Below, in pieces: positions 52,438-64,000 of a stretch of DNA of 64,000 nucleotides. The DNA is from Octopus bimaculoides (lineage: Eukaryota). The notes under the pieces are model-generated. The model did no database searches. It had not been told where the DNA came from and saw only the letters and a list, made by a program, of their open reading frames with translations. Every line of letters starts with the position of its first letter. Position 1 is the first letter of the stretch. The position numbers and the translations under genes are program-made. The stretch covers positions 38,542,985 through 38,606,984 of the forward strand of contig NC_068985.1 of assembly GCF_001194135.2 (NCBI RefSeq). Direction: 5' to 3'.

Positions 52438-53331
52438 TAGGAGGTCTGATCAATAAGTATTCGGACTGTTACCAGTGTAGCGAAGCTAAATCACGCAGAG
52501 CGAAGCCCCTTGACAAAGGTTGACCTTGAACTCTGCTGTGCACGCGTACAATGTTTTAGCGTGCTAGTTCACTTCCGCTATTTACAGCAGTGTTTGGTAG
52601 CATGCTGTGTTGTGTGTAATCGTCACAATGACCATGACAGAGAAAGTTGTCACGATGATACCTGTTTAGAGTCTTACACGATGTTGCAGAACGTGTATAG
52701 AGAGGAGTTTATGAGCACAAGTGTATAAGTGGTTCAGACATTTCCAAGATGGCTGAAAAAATATTGATGTTGACGAACGTTCAGTGAGACCGGCAACCAA
52801 CAGAAATGAGAAAAGCATCGCAGATGTGCGTGCAGCTGTCAGAGAAAATTGTCGAATCTCCATCTGTAAGTTATTAGAGGATGTGCAAATTAGTTGCGGT
52901 TCTGTTCAGTCCATTACCACCGAAGATTTGGGTATGAGACGTGTGTCTGCCAAGTTTGTACCAAAACTGCTTTCAGATGACCAGAAATACACTTGAGTTT
53001 CAGTTGCACAAAACCTCCTTGAATGTGTCGAGAACGATGAAAACTTTTTGAAAACTTTGCGTAGGTCTCTGAGCAGGTATTGCCAAGCTTTTGGCAACAT
53101 TTGATGAAGATTCTCTGCTCAGTTTTCTCTTTCATTATCAATGCGACGATCACACGCTACACATCTTCCCTCCAAGCATTGCTTTAAACAGAAGACATGA
53201 GCTAGAATGTTAAAACTTAGTGCGCATGCACAGCAGAGTTCAAGATCAGTTTGTGCCAAGGGTATTCATTCTGCGTGCCTTAGCTTCGTTACTATGATAA
53301 CAGTCCGAATAATAATTGATCAGACCACATA
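52438..53331. mobile_element. Mariner derivative with two inverted 5' arms; transposase remnants on both strands
   Basis: TA-flanked TAGGAGGTCTGATCAAT.. / ..ATTGATCAGACCACATA; plus ..KWFRHFQDG..DERSVRP..DLGMRRVSAKFVPKLLSDDQK..; minus MKEKTEQRIFIKCCQKLGNTCSETYAK. Confidence 0.85.
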
Positions 53332-53837
53332 TGTACATACATAAAATGCCTGCATTTTGCATTGCCTGAACTGATTTGCTCTAATATTATGTATTTTATT
53401 CCACCTTGTTACCTTAAGATAACTAATTTTCTTTTATCAAAATTCTTCAGCATCCACTCTTTCTATTTGCCACCCTTCCGTCTCAGCTGATTTGTCTTTC
53501 ATCCCTAAATTTCTTTCCTCTAGATTTTCTCTCAATTTTCCTCCTCTCCTATCATCATTCTTCCTCAGACAACGATACTGTTATTTGAAAACAAACGATA
53601 TCACACTAGAACATGTAACTGATTTATTCTCCTTTCAGTTTCACCAAATGCACGAAAGCATTTAATTACCTAATTATTTCGGAAAATAAAACTCTGAAAG
53701 ACTAAAGGCCTGAAGAAAGTGATTATTCTATATGACTTAATTGCGTGAAAAAATATGGTTGCCTTAGTTGATGTTTCAACTCCAGATTTTGATTGTTAAA
53801 AGTACATGCATATACACACGTCCACAAACGCGTGCAC

Positions 53838-53885
<48 letters not shown>

Positions 53886-56449
53886 NNNNNNNNNNNNNNN
53901 NNNNNNNNNNNNNNNNNNNNNNNNNNNNNNNNNNNNNNNNNNNNNNNNNNNNNNNNNNNNNNNNNNNNNNNNNNNNNNNNNNNNNNNNNNNNNNNNNNNN
54001 NNNNNNNNNNNNNNNNNNNNNNNNNNNNNNNNNNNNNNNNNNNNNNNNNNNNNNNNNNNNNNNNNNNNNNNNNNNNNNNNNNNNNNNNNNNNNNNNNNNN
54101 NNNNNNNNNNNNNNNNNNNNNNNNNNNNNNNNNNNNNNNNNNNNNNNNNNNNNNNNNNNNNNNNNNNNNNNNNNNNNNNNNNNNNNNNNNNNNNNNNNNN
54201 NNNNNNNNNNNNNNNNNNNNNNNNNNNNNNNNNNNNNNNNNNNNNNNNNNNNNNNNNNNNNNNNNNNNNNNNNNNNNNNNNNNNNNNNNNNNNNNNNNNN
54301 NNNNNNTATATATATATCATATATAATGTTAACGTTAAGATGTACAAACAGTAAGATTATTAATGAGTATTCTGGTCGTTGTATTTTTTCACGTATAGCA
54401 AGTATGTCTACTTACTACATTGTTCCAAAGCGTCCTTTGTCTTTCTCATGGAATTGTAAGGTTTGGTTCAACAGCGATCTCCTACTTCTAAAATATTGAC
54501 AGCAATGTACTACTTTTTGGCTGCATCTGTAAAATGTAGAAAGTACGCAACTGAGTGCGTATGGTACAAGAAAAAGAACCTACGATGCAGGATAGGGTAA
54601 AATCTTGTGAACAATACAAATGTAGATAATTTACCTCGAATTAACTTAATTAATTCATACTTTAACTTCTTGTTTGGGCTAATAAATATAGTGTTATATA
54701 CAAGAATTTAAACATCTCTTAAAATATTGTGAATTCCTTCTTGGCACCTGAAATCGTCAAATTATCCGTTAAACACAGTAGACTCCAGAATAAAACGCAA
54801 AATTACTATGTCTTAACGTATCTTTTGTATCACTAGCTAAAATGGATTCGATATTGTCTATAAATTGTCTCCCTTAACAGAAGAGCGCCAATAATGAAAG
54901 AAGAATATCTGAATATTTAACATAGTCACCGATCGATATTAGAACTTCTCTTGATTTTGTCACTCGTTATTATTATTATTAATAGTGCTGTTGTCGTTAT
55001 TTCCATAATAGACGTTTACATTTGTCCATTTGTATTTAATGGCTATTTTTCTCTACCGTGTTGGCAGAATCTAAAGAGTTGTTAATTTGTTTTATTCGTC
55101 TTTAGTAGGAAAGTAATCGATTTGAATGTAGTTTACGTTATGTTTTCACAATAAAGAAGAGTAATTAATATGCAAATCAAAGTAGATTCTTGTGGTTTGA
55201 ATTAAAATGACTTCAACAATTAGGTGTTTTTGTGTAAATTAGAATATCATATGTGTTGTTGTCTACACTAAAATTTGTTATTTTTGATGTATTTAGATTT
55301 ATGCTAATTTCTATTTAATTTATGAAATATAAATCAATGTTTTCTGTTAATTTTGTAACTACATAAATAACTTCTGTGAAACTATAATGGGTCTCTTTTT
55401 ATGCCTGCCATATAGTTAAAATCTAATGTTCTTTTTCACTGAAGTTCGCTGTTATATAAAATCATAACATTTTCCTCTTCAATATTCAAAGGAACTACTA
55501 AAATAAAGAACATCTTCTAAAAGTACATTGGACCATTGGACTTATATAGTGGCAAGGGAGGTAAATTGATTATTTTCATCAAGGAAAAAAGAAGAAATCA
55601 ATTTCTACGCTTTTCATATTTGCTGCCGTGCTGCAAATATTTTATGCCAATTACATTCATTAATGATTTACAATAACTTTGGGTTAACATAGCGCTGTAG
55701 TATAACTGAAGCTTTTAGTCTACACTGGTGCTTTTAGTTAGTGTTCAATATCATGATTTTCTCCAAAAATCATAGATAATTAAGTTTTTTGTGTTCAAAA
55801 TTATAGGATTTTTCCAAAAGTCAAAGATAATATAATGTACTAACTATTTTACGATATTTTACATCCTAATATTTTTCTACGTGTTAATGATAACATATCA
55901 ACAGAGTCACTCGACTTACTCAAATCTCATCCGACCTTCTTAACAAAAGAGAAGGCATTAAACTATTAAGTATTAGATATCTCTTTAAGTGATGACAGCG
56001 GTTGAAATAGCTTTCATAATTTTTGTCCGAGTTATTGGTTGATCTGTGGTTTAACAAAAATGCAGAAAAATAATTTTGTTTGCATATTTCGTAACGTTTA
56101 TTTATTTGATTTGTTTTGGTATGTTTTATGATTTTGATATTTATTTTAAGGGTCTTGTCTGCAGAAATGCATTGTATGGCCGTTACTGATTAGTGCGATC
56201 GATGCTGATGTTTGCAAGAAATAGAATATAGGAGGTGGAATTAGGTATGATGGTTAGTGTGGAAATTGGCTGATTGTCACATTAGGAATGGTAAAACGGA
56301 GGAACTGAGTTTCGGGATTTTTTGAGTGGAAGTGGCGTGACAACGGGTAGAAAAAGGAGACAGTGTGTAAAGGGCATTTATTCTGATAGTCTCATGATTC
56401 TGGTATCTCAGCTCTTTAAATAACTCCTCCTCCTCCTCGGTAGCCAACG

Positions 56450-57700
56450 GTACCACTTTGGAAGACCAATATGTACCGAATGCATGCGCTCAAATGCCGC
56501 TCTGTAATTTTCACTTTTGAGTACTTCAACATTAGTAATGTTCTCACTCTTGCCAAAATCAAAAAAATTGTGTGTCTGCTGCGAGAAGCTTCAAAGAAAG
56601 TTGCTTCCTAGAATTAATAATATTTCCGAAAACTTGGATAGAAGATCCTTCGTCAAACTGCACCATTACAATGTATGCTGAACGAGCTTTCTCCGAACCG
56701 CATATCATGTACAATGCTTTAACGCTTAAGTTACGTAATAAATCATTTTGTAAATAAAGGTGTCGTCTGATTATAACACTTTTCACAACTTCCGTAAACC
56801 TCGACACAGAGGTAACAATAATACGCAATCTCAACAGTTCGTACTGCACATAGACAGATTATATGAACGATGACCTGGTGAACATTATGTAATGAGGTGG
56901 AAGGCATGGCGAATTTAACACTTTCAACAAAACGGAAACACAATCATTGCACACGTTAAAGGAAAAAAAATATTGCACATGAGTCTCCCTCATCATTGAT
57001 AGATTACAATTGCAAACTATAAAAGTTGATATACACGCTAGGCCTCATGACAACATGTATAATATTGCTCAAACGGTATCACAAAGACTAGCACTTTCAG
57101 GTAGCATATACTTCAGATTTGATCACTTTCTGACTCTTCGCTTTACATAAATAAAACCGTGAACCCTACTGAAATTGCTATAGATCGTAACTGACGCAAC
57201 TTGACTTGTCGGTAATCATTCATAGACTAACACTCTTCAACCCTCTAGCTCACATAACAGACCTAATCAATCATCCGTTTGAATACTAACATCTGGTCCT
57301 TGATGCATTTTCTGAGTCCACTTTGTTACAAGCGTTCGGAACAGATCTAATATTTGCTGGTATCTTCTTCCTGCCTCCCAACTACCGTCGATCAACTTGC
57401 ATAAGATATGGGCAACATGCTTCTCTACTGACTAACAGGTAAAAAGATAAATGACTCCGGTTTTATCTCGCCCCATCCACATAATTCTTACTGGAATTCA
57501 CTAATACTCAGCAGAATCATTCCCCCACTACAATTCTCTTCAGAACCCTGCTCGCTGCTTTAGTTTGTCTTCATATATATAAACTGAGCTTCGGCTACAG
57601 CAATCTCATCGGCTCGAGAGGATCTTCATGGGTCACAAGCGCTTGTCCCTCTCTCATGACTAACTTATAAAAATATACTAATAATAAATAATGATAAATC
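56450..57700 (-). mobile_element. Very old CR1/L2-like LINE RT remnant
   Basis: Faint minus-strand resemblance to KAFDKVDH and downstream RT/C-terminal motifs; many stops. Confidence 0.25.
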
Positions 57701-59064
57701 AACTAGACAGCACTAAGCTTCATTGTAGAAGCAAAAAAACTTTTACATGAATAGATGAAATATCTAAAATTGTCCTACAATGTAACTCTACTCAGGTTTA
57801 TTGTGAAAAACTAGCTAATATAAAATTCTACGGAAGCTTCTTCCTACGCAGGAATTCTCATATAACTTCGTCCTAATCGGAACAGAAACGCATAATAAAT
57901 GGATTATTTTGTCAATAATTTTCTCTTTGCTATAAAAGGGAAGAAGAGCTAATTTAATTTCCTTATATTTCGCTGTCATCAATCTTTCACGAACTAATAT
58001 TTGTATGTTCACTTATATATCAGATGTCATCAGTCAGAAGTCAAAGTTGATGTATTACATTAGAGATGTCATCCAATCGATGGGTTGTTTTTATTGAAAA
58101 TAATTATTGCTATTTTTTCTTATATTTTTTCTTTTTACTATAGCAGGCATTTTCCTCATTGTTGTTGCCGTCGCCATCGTCGTCATCTTCACCCCTATTG
58201 CAATTATTGTTGTCATTCTTATTGTTATTTTTGTTAATCGCTATGTTTGTCGGCGCTGTTGTCGTTGATGCGATCGTTGTAACTATTGTTGTTCTTATTA
58301 ATAACGTTGTTGTTGTTGTTCTCGTCGTAGTCGTCATCATAGTCGTTGTTGACGTTAATGCTGCTGCTGTTACTATTATTATTATTATTTTTTTGTTACT
58401 ATCGATGTTGACATTTATTTTTGTCTCATTGATACAATTGTTGTCATTGTTCTTGCAGCTGCCGTTTTGTTGTTGATGTTGTTATTGCTGTAGCTATGGT
58501 GTCTGATTTCTCCTGTTGATGTTTTAAATCAGATTGTTTCAATCAATATTATTGATGTTTTTATATGTTCTTGCCGCACTAGTTGTCGCCGTTGTGGCCT
58601 ACCATTCCTTCTATTATTGCTGTGGCTGTTCTTGAGACCTCTGCTGGTGTTACAGTATTAGGTGTTTTGGCCTAAAAATAATTTTAAAAAACAACAATCA
58701 AGCACCAGCCATTGTCAGATTCTTCATTTCGACTGTCCTATTCCTGGCATCATGCTATCCTTTTTTGTATAATATATATTCCTTCTTTTCTAATTCCAGA
58801 ATTTACATTTTGTTTTGGCTGAAGTTGTTTATGTACTTTTTACTATAATATAAAGTTGTTTTTTTATATATAATTGTTCTTTCTATTGTTATTTCTTAAG
58901 ATATTGTTGCATTATTAACAAACTATGTAGAAAAATCCAAAAAATATTCGAGTTCTTTCTACTGAAATTGTTGTTGCTGTAGTGATTGTTGGCATTAGTT
59001 TTTTTGTTTTTTTTCTAGTTTATCAAATTTATTCCCGTTACTTTATGGATGTGATTACTGTGAG

Positions 59065-59136
59065 AAGAATTGGTATAATAATAATAATTATTATTATTAT
59101 TATTATTTATTATTATTATTATTATCATCATCATCA

Positions 59137-59167
<31 letters not shown>

Positions 59168-59233
59168 CATTATCATCATTATTATTATTATTATTATTAT
59201 TATTTATTATTATTATTATTATCATCATCATCA

Positions 59234-59282
<49 letters not shown>

Positions 59283-59335
59283 TATTATTATTATCATTAT
59301 TATCATTATTATTATTATTATTATTATCATCAGTA

Positions 59336-59400
<65 letters not shown>

Positions 59401-59539
59401 ATTATTTTCTTCTGCAACTGTAGCTGTTGTTCTTATTGTCATTTTTTGATGTGAATATTAAGAATAGTTTTGAAGAAGAATTTTTCAAAACATCGCTTGC
59501 TATTCACCCATATTATTATTATCATTATTATTATTATTG

Positions 59540-59620
<81 letters not shown>
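59065..59620. repeat. Long compound (TTA)n/(TCA)n microsatellite field
   Basis: Directly visible. Confidence 0.97.
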
Positions 59621-59622
<2 letters not shown>

Positions 59623-59830
59623 AGAGAGCGATGAATGCCATCAATGCATGACACTGGGGTACATTATCATTATTATTACTATTATTAATAATAATGATAA
59701 TAATAATGATAACAATGATGATGATGATTACGATTATAATGATGATTATGATGATGAAGCATATTCCTGTCGATGAAGCTGAATTTGGCAATAGCACCTA
59801 AATAATTCTTGTCTACCGCCTTAACTATCA
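59619..59830 (+). repeat. About 210-bp direct repeat unit; second copy at 61173-61394
   Basis: ATAAGAGAGCGATGAATGCCATCAATGCATGACACTGGGGTACATTA..GAAGCATATTC.TGTCGATGAA.CTGAATTTGG.AATAGCACC.AAATAATTCTT in both. Confidence 0.92.
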
Positions 59831-59845
59831 ACATCATCATCATCG

Positions 59846-59908
<63 letters not shown>

Positions 59909-60587
59909 CCCTCATCATTTCCACCGCCGCCATCATCTTCTTCGCATCATCCTCAGCGACAGCTTTATCTTCACCGTTCTTTCTTCACTTTATCTTCTTC
60001 ATTGTTCTGCAATACCTGACGTGTTAATACTGTGGGTTGTCGACCCGGATTTCCAATATCCTCGAATATACTTCATATTATCCTGAATAATTTTTGTTTA
60101 GTTATTCATTAATTTTTATATATTCATTTTTTTTTTCCTTCTTATTTTCGTTTAATTTTATTGATAGCGATGAAAGCGTCAGAGATCATAGGTGAACGAG
60201 GCAATGCAATAACTCTGATATCAATGCTTGTTATTAACTTTTCTTTTTTCAAAATCCGAAGAAGAGTGAACAATAAGCGAAATATCATGTGGAAATATGG
60301 GTGTTTCTTCAACGTATTAAATTCCCTCCTATAGAGTTACTACTGCTGCTGATACTTGAGATAATATTATATTACACCACGTCTACCACCAACAACACTC
60401 TCGCCATCACCTACAACTCTAACTACAACAGCAACATCCATCACCAGTATCATTGTAATTGTTATTTCCACTTGATGTGCCATTATCGATATAATACCCC
60501 GAATGATCTTCTGATATACATTTAAATATATACACATATGCGCACACATATACGTAATGTCTGAGTATATATAAACGCGACGAGAGA

Positions 60588-60641
<54 letters not shown>

Positions 60642-60839
60642 TAGATGGAGGGAGAGATACTAGCCGCAAAAGACAGTTACCTGAGATAAAGGCTCACAGT
60701 ATAAACTATTTAATGAATTAACGAGAGAAAATTATTTATATTTCAGTAAAATGTCTTTTTAAACAATGTTCCGTATTGCCTCTGACAAAATATACAGTTT
60801 AGTCTCTGAAATGCGAACCAGAGACATACGTGGGACTAT

Positions 60840-61123
60840 GGAAAACCTGCAATCCTCCAGTTGTAATTCAGTGCTCTTTAAATTTCGCCTCTGCGATATG
60901 TTGAGGCATGTGTAAGAGAGTATATGGGCCGGGATCTGCTGACTTCTAAATAATATGGAATAGTTGGGATTCTTGAAATAAGCACATGGTCACCATATGT
61001 GCAGTCCTATTAGAATTGCTGCTTCCATTAGATGTGACGTCAGTTGTTTGAAGACTTAGTATTTCTTTTAGGAACAATAAGAACACCAAGTTTCAAACTC
61101 ATGAAGTTTATTGCAAAAGTTTG

Positions 61124-61125
<2 letters not shown>
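60840..61125 (-). mobile_element. Possible second R4/Dong-like 3' remnant next to (TAA)n
   Basis: Frameshifted EAAILIG/TAHMVTMCL resembles K.A.LGTAHILRKVL. Confidence 0.3.
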
Positions 61126-61176
<51 letters not shown>

Positions 61177-61256
61177 AGAGAGCGATGAATGCCATCAATG
61201 CATGACACTGGGGTACATTATTATCATTATTACTATTAGTAATAATAATGATAATA

Positions 61257-61298
<42 letters not shown>

Positions 61299-62289
61299 AG
61301 GATCATGATGATTATCATGATGAAGCATATTCTTGTCGATGAAACTGAATTTGGTAATAGCACCAAAATAATTCTTCTACCGCCACAACTATCATCATCA
61401 TCATCATCATCATCGTTACTATTGCTGTCCACTAACCATATTTTCTCATAGGTGTCTCTTGAAACATGCTTCACTTTCTGTAACACAAGCATGACTATCC
61501 AATGTTCGAAGATCGACAAATTTACTTTGTCCTTAGGCATCCTTAAGTAGAAAGTTTGTTGATCAGGACAAACTACATAGTCTTCCCAATGATATCTAAT
61601 ACCTCTGTAGCTTTAACCTGAAGGCCATGCTTCCTTAGTATCTACATCTTCCTGTTCAAAAAGTAATATGAAATAACACGATGACAGAGAATCGGTTCAG
61701 TACATGTCAAGGAGGAAATTATTTAGTATATCATATCTTTGTGGCGTCCCTTTGAGTTAGAATTTAATACATTGAAATTCTTTCTGTAAAATCAATTTTT
61801 TGTTTGTTTATTATTGTCATGACAATCAGTAGACTTCTTAGTGGCTTGATATCTTTGGAGTATTTCCAGAAAACCCCATTGCTAATGATTTTTCTACCAG
61901 CTGATATTAGCTTACCCAATCACTGAAGTTTTGTGGCAGAAAAGCTTTTGCGGAGGAATTTTCAAATCTTCACTATATATCTCACCGAATTACAAAACTT
62001 TATATTGTACTTATCGCGACATTATTTTTAAAGAACAGAAGAGTATGGAACAATGCGCCCAATGTCTATTTTAATCACCCACTTCTAATATTAAGTGCGG
62101 TTTGAAATCCATCTCTTTCTGGTTAACATTCTAAATATACATGAAGTATATTAGCTTTGGCTTGTTGACATCTTTTCCAACACTATTAGCAAATGTATTA
62201 AGAATCATCCCGTCATTTCTATCAAGCGAGTTACACAAACTATCATGAATATATGCTACGACTCTGTCTCATTGGTTCACCACTATGCA

Positions 62290-62370
62290 ATGAGCCTGAA
62301 GATGAATCCAGCTAAGACTGAATTATACCAAGCCAGCAGATCAAGAAAGGGGTCGAAACTATGTGCCCAG
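62290..62370 (+). ncRNA. Degenerate hammerhead-like motif with long helix II insert
   Basis: TGAGC-CTGAAGA-T-GAATCC..GGGGTC-GAAA-C-TAT-GT-GCCCA; helix I TGAGC/GCCCA 4 of 5; cleavage nucleotide missing. Confidence 0.4.
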
Positions 62371-62689
62371 GAATGTACTTCAACCTTGCTCTGTGATCTA
62401 TAGAAGCATAGTTAGGAAAACACCCGAATTCAGAGAGAAGGTATCACAATTGTAAATATTTACCAGAATCTTGGAATGGCTAGACCGGGAATTCAATTGC
62501 TTACAGAACGAAAGAAATAAGAATCATTCCGCAGAGAGGCTATCACTGTTTTAACCAAAATAATCAGTCCTCGCCTAATTCTAAAAACTTGACGACAACA
62601 ATTAGAAACCTTTCAAAATATGCCTGCTCGAAAATGGCTGGTTTAAGGCTGAAGGAGTTTTTTTCTATTATAAGCACGAGTTTTGAATT

Positions 62690-62870
62690 TTGTGAGATGG
62701 TGCTAGTCGATTACATCGACTCCAGTGCTCAACTGATACTTATTTTATCGAGATGAAAGGTAAAGTCGGTGGAAAGTAAAGGCGTAATTTGAACCCAGAA
62801 TGTAAAGCCGGAATAAATGTTGCTAAGCGTTTTCTCCGGCGTGCACATGATTCTACCAGCTCACCACATC
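62690..62870 (-). mobile_element. SINE family A, diverged
   Basis: AGTCGATTACATCGACTCCAGTGCTCAACTGATAC and GCTAAGCGTTT..CCGGCGTGC motifs. Confidence 0.7.
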
Positions 62871-62872
62871 AG

Positions 62873-63095
62873 TCTTCGCAACGCTTCATGGTACTTATAA
62901 AAGATTTCTCAACATTCTATAATGTCAATATTGCAAAGCATCAGATTCTTTTGTCTTTTTTTCTTTTTTTTTCTTTTTGTATTGTTGTAATACCTGTACA
63001 ACAATAATACAAAGCAGCATAAATGAATCTGATGCCTTGCAATGTTGACATTATCGAGTGTTGTAAAATCTTGAGTCCCATGAAGCACGCCGAGA
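62873..63095. mobile_element. Foldback/MITE-like hairpin with about 70-bp outer arms and an inner stem
   Basis: 62873-62948 is the approximate reverse complement of 63025-63095; inner TTTGTATTGTTGTA / TACAACAATAATACAAA. Confidence 0.8.
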
Positions 63096-64000
63096 CTTGA
63101 TGTGAAACTATGACAGGTTGATTTACATTCGAGACCCTTAGTTCTTCAACTTATTTGGACTCAATCGAAATAGTTGTTTACTATAACTAGAAATATTTTG
63201 AAATTTTGATTTTTTAATGTTTTACGATTATGTATACAAGTACATATGTCTATATATATGGGTGTGTATATATACATATATGTACGTATGTAGACATTCA
63301 TAAACATACATGACTAAATATATTCATGAACTACTCATCAACTCATACTTCATACTTCATATAAGGACAAACATTCACATAAATGCATACATACATGCGT
63401 TCATATATGAATATTGTGAATATTCTTATTGCTATTGTAAGACTGTCAATATTTAGTCATCAACTCAACAGCTCACAATTCTTACCAGCTTTCCAGTTTC
63501 CTCTCTACAGAACAGGAAATGAAGTTGAATAACATCATTTATAATATACCTCCGTATTCCACCATATTTTTTTTCTTTTGTCAGTCCCTGAAGAATGGTT
63601 TTCATAACGCTTCCTTCCGTTATTTTTTAAATTATATATCCAGCGTCTATTGTATATAATCACTGTCATTATTCACTCACCTGTCTCTCGATCTTTTTAT
63701 CATTGTATACATTTCGGTTACATTTTTGTCCCTTTCTCACTCAGTGTCTATACTCTTTCTATATATATCTCATTTTCTTTTTTTTCCTAATTTTCACCCT
63801 CTCTTCTGCGCCTCTTCTCCTCTTCTAATTTCATCACTTTCCACATTCATTGGTACTTTGAATAGATTATTAAATTATACATTTTACGCATGAATGTTTT
63901 GTAAAAAAAAAGAAAAGAAAACACATAAACATTTGTAAGAAAGTATATTTATTAGACCACTCATGCATGGAAATCGAACTGAATGCATGCAGGTCCCCAT

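Noticed and set aside
53706-53740. Other isolated CTGA(A/T)GA hits (also about 5360, 18325, 35975)
   Set aside because: No correctly placed helix II plus GAAA; expected by chance in AT-rich DNA

Overview
AT-rich, gap-riddled (about 20 N-runs, most flanked by (TA)n) eukaryotic non-coding DNA. The tRNA-headed SINE families, dense microsatellites and assembly style suggest a cephalopod genome, most likely Octopus (inference). No intact protein-coding gene, rRNA, true tRNA or CRISPR array can be supported; the supplied ORFs are gap artefacts, microsatellite read-throughs or transposon remnants. The window holds 20+ SINE copies or fragments from 3-4 families (some in tandem arrays, two with clear TSDs), decayed LINE fragments (RTE, CR1-like, R4/Dong-like), many Penelope-like (PLE) RT and GIY-YIG remnants, two mariner derivatives, mariner MITEs, Helentron/Helitron-like non-autonomous elements and several hairpin elements. 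The most interesting signals are: (1) several hammerhead-ribozyme-like motifs, including a two-copy repeat whose consensus is a minimal hammerhead and a ~200 bp TSD-flanked insert with two hammerhead-like cores; (2) a PLE endonuclease fragment enclosed by ~47 bp inverted repeats; (3) a mariner element made of two inverted 5' halves. All family calls come from visual motif recognition; no searches were run.
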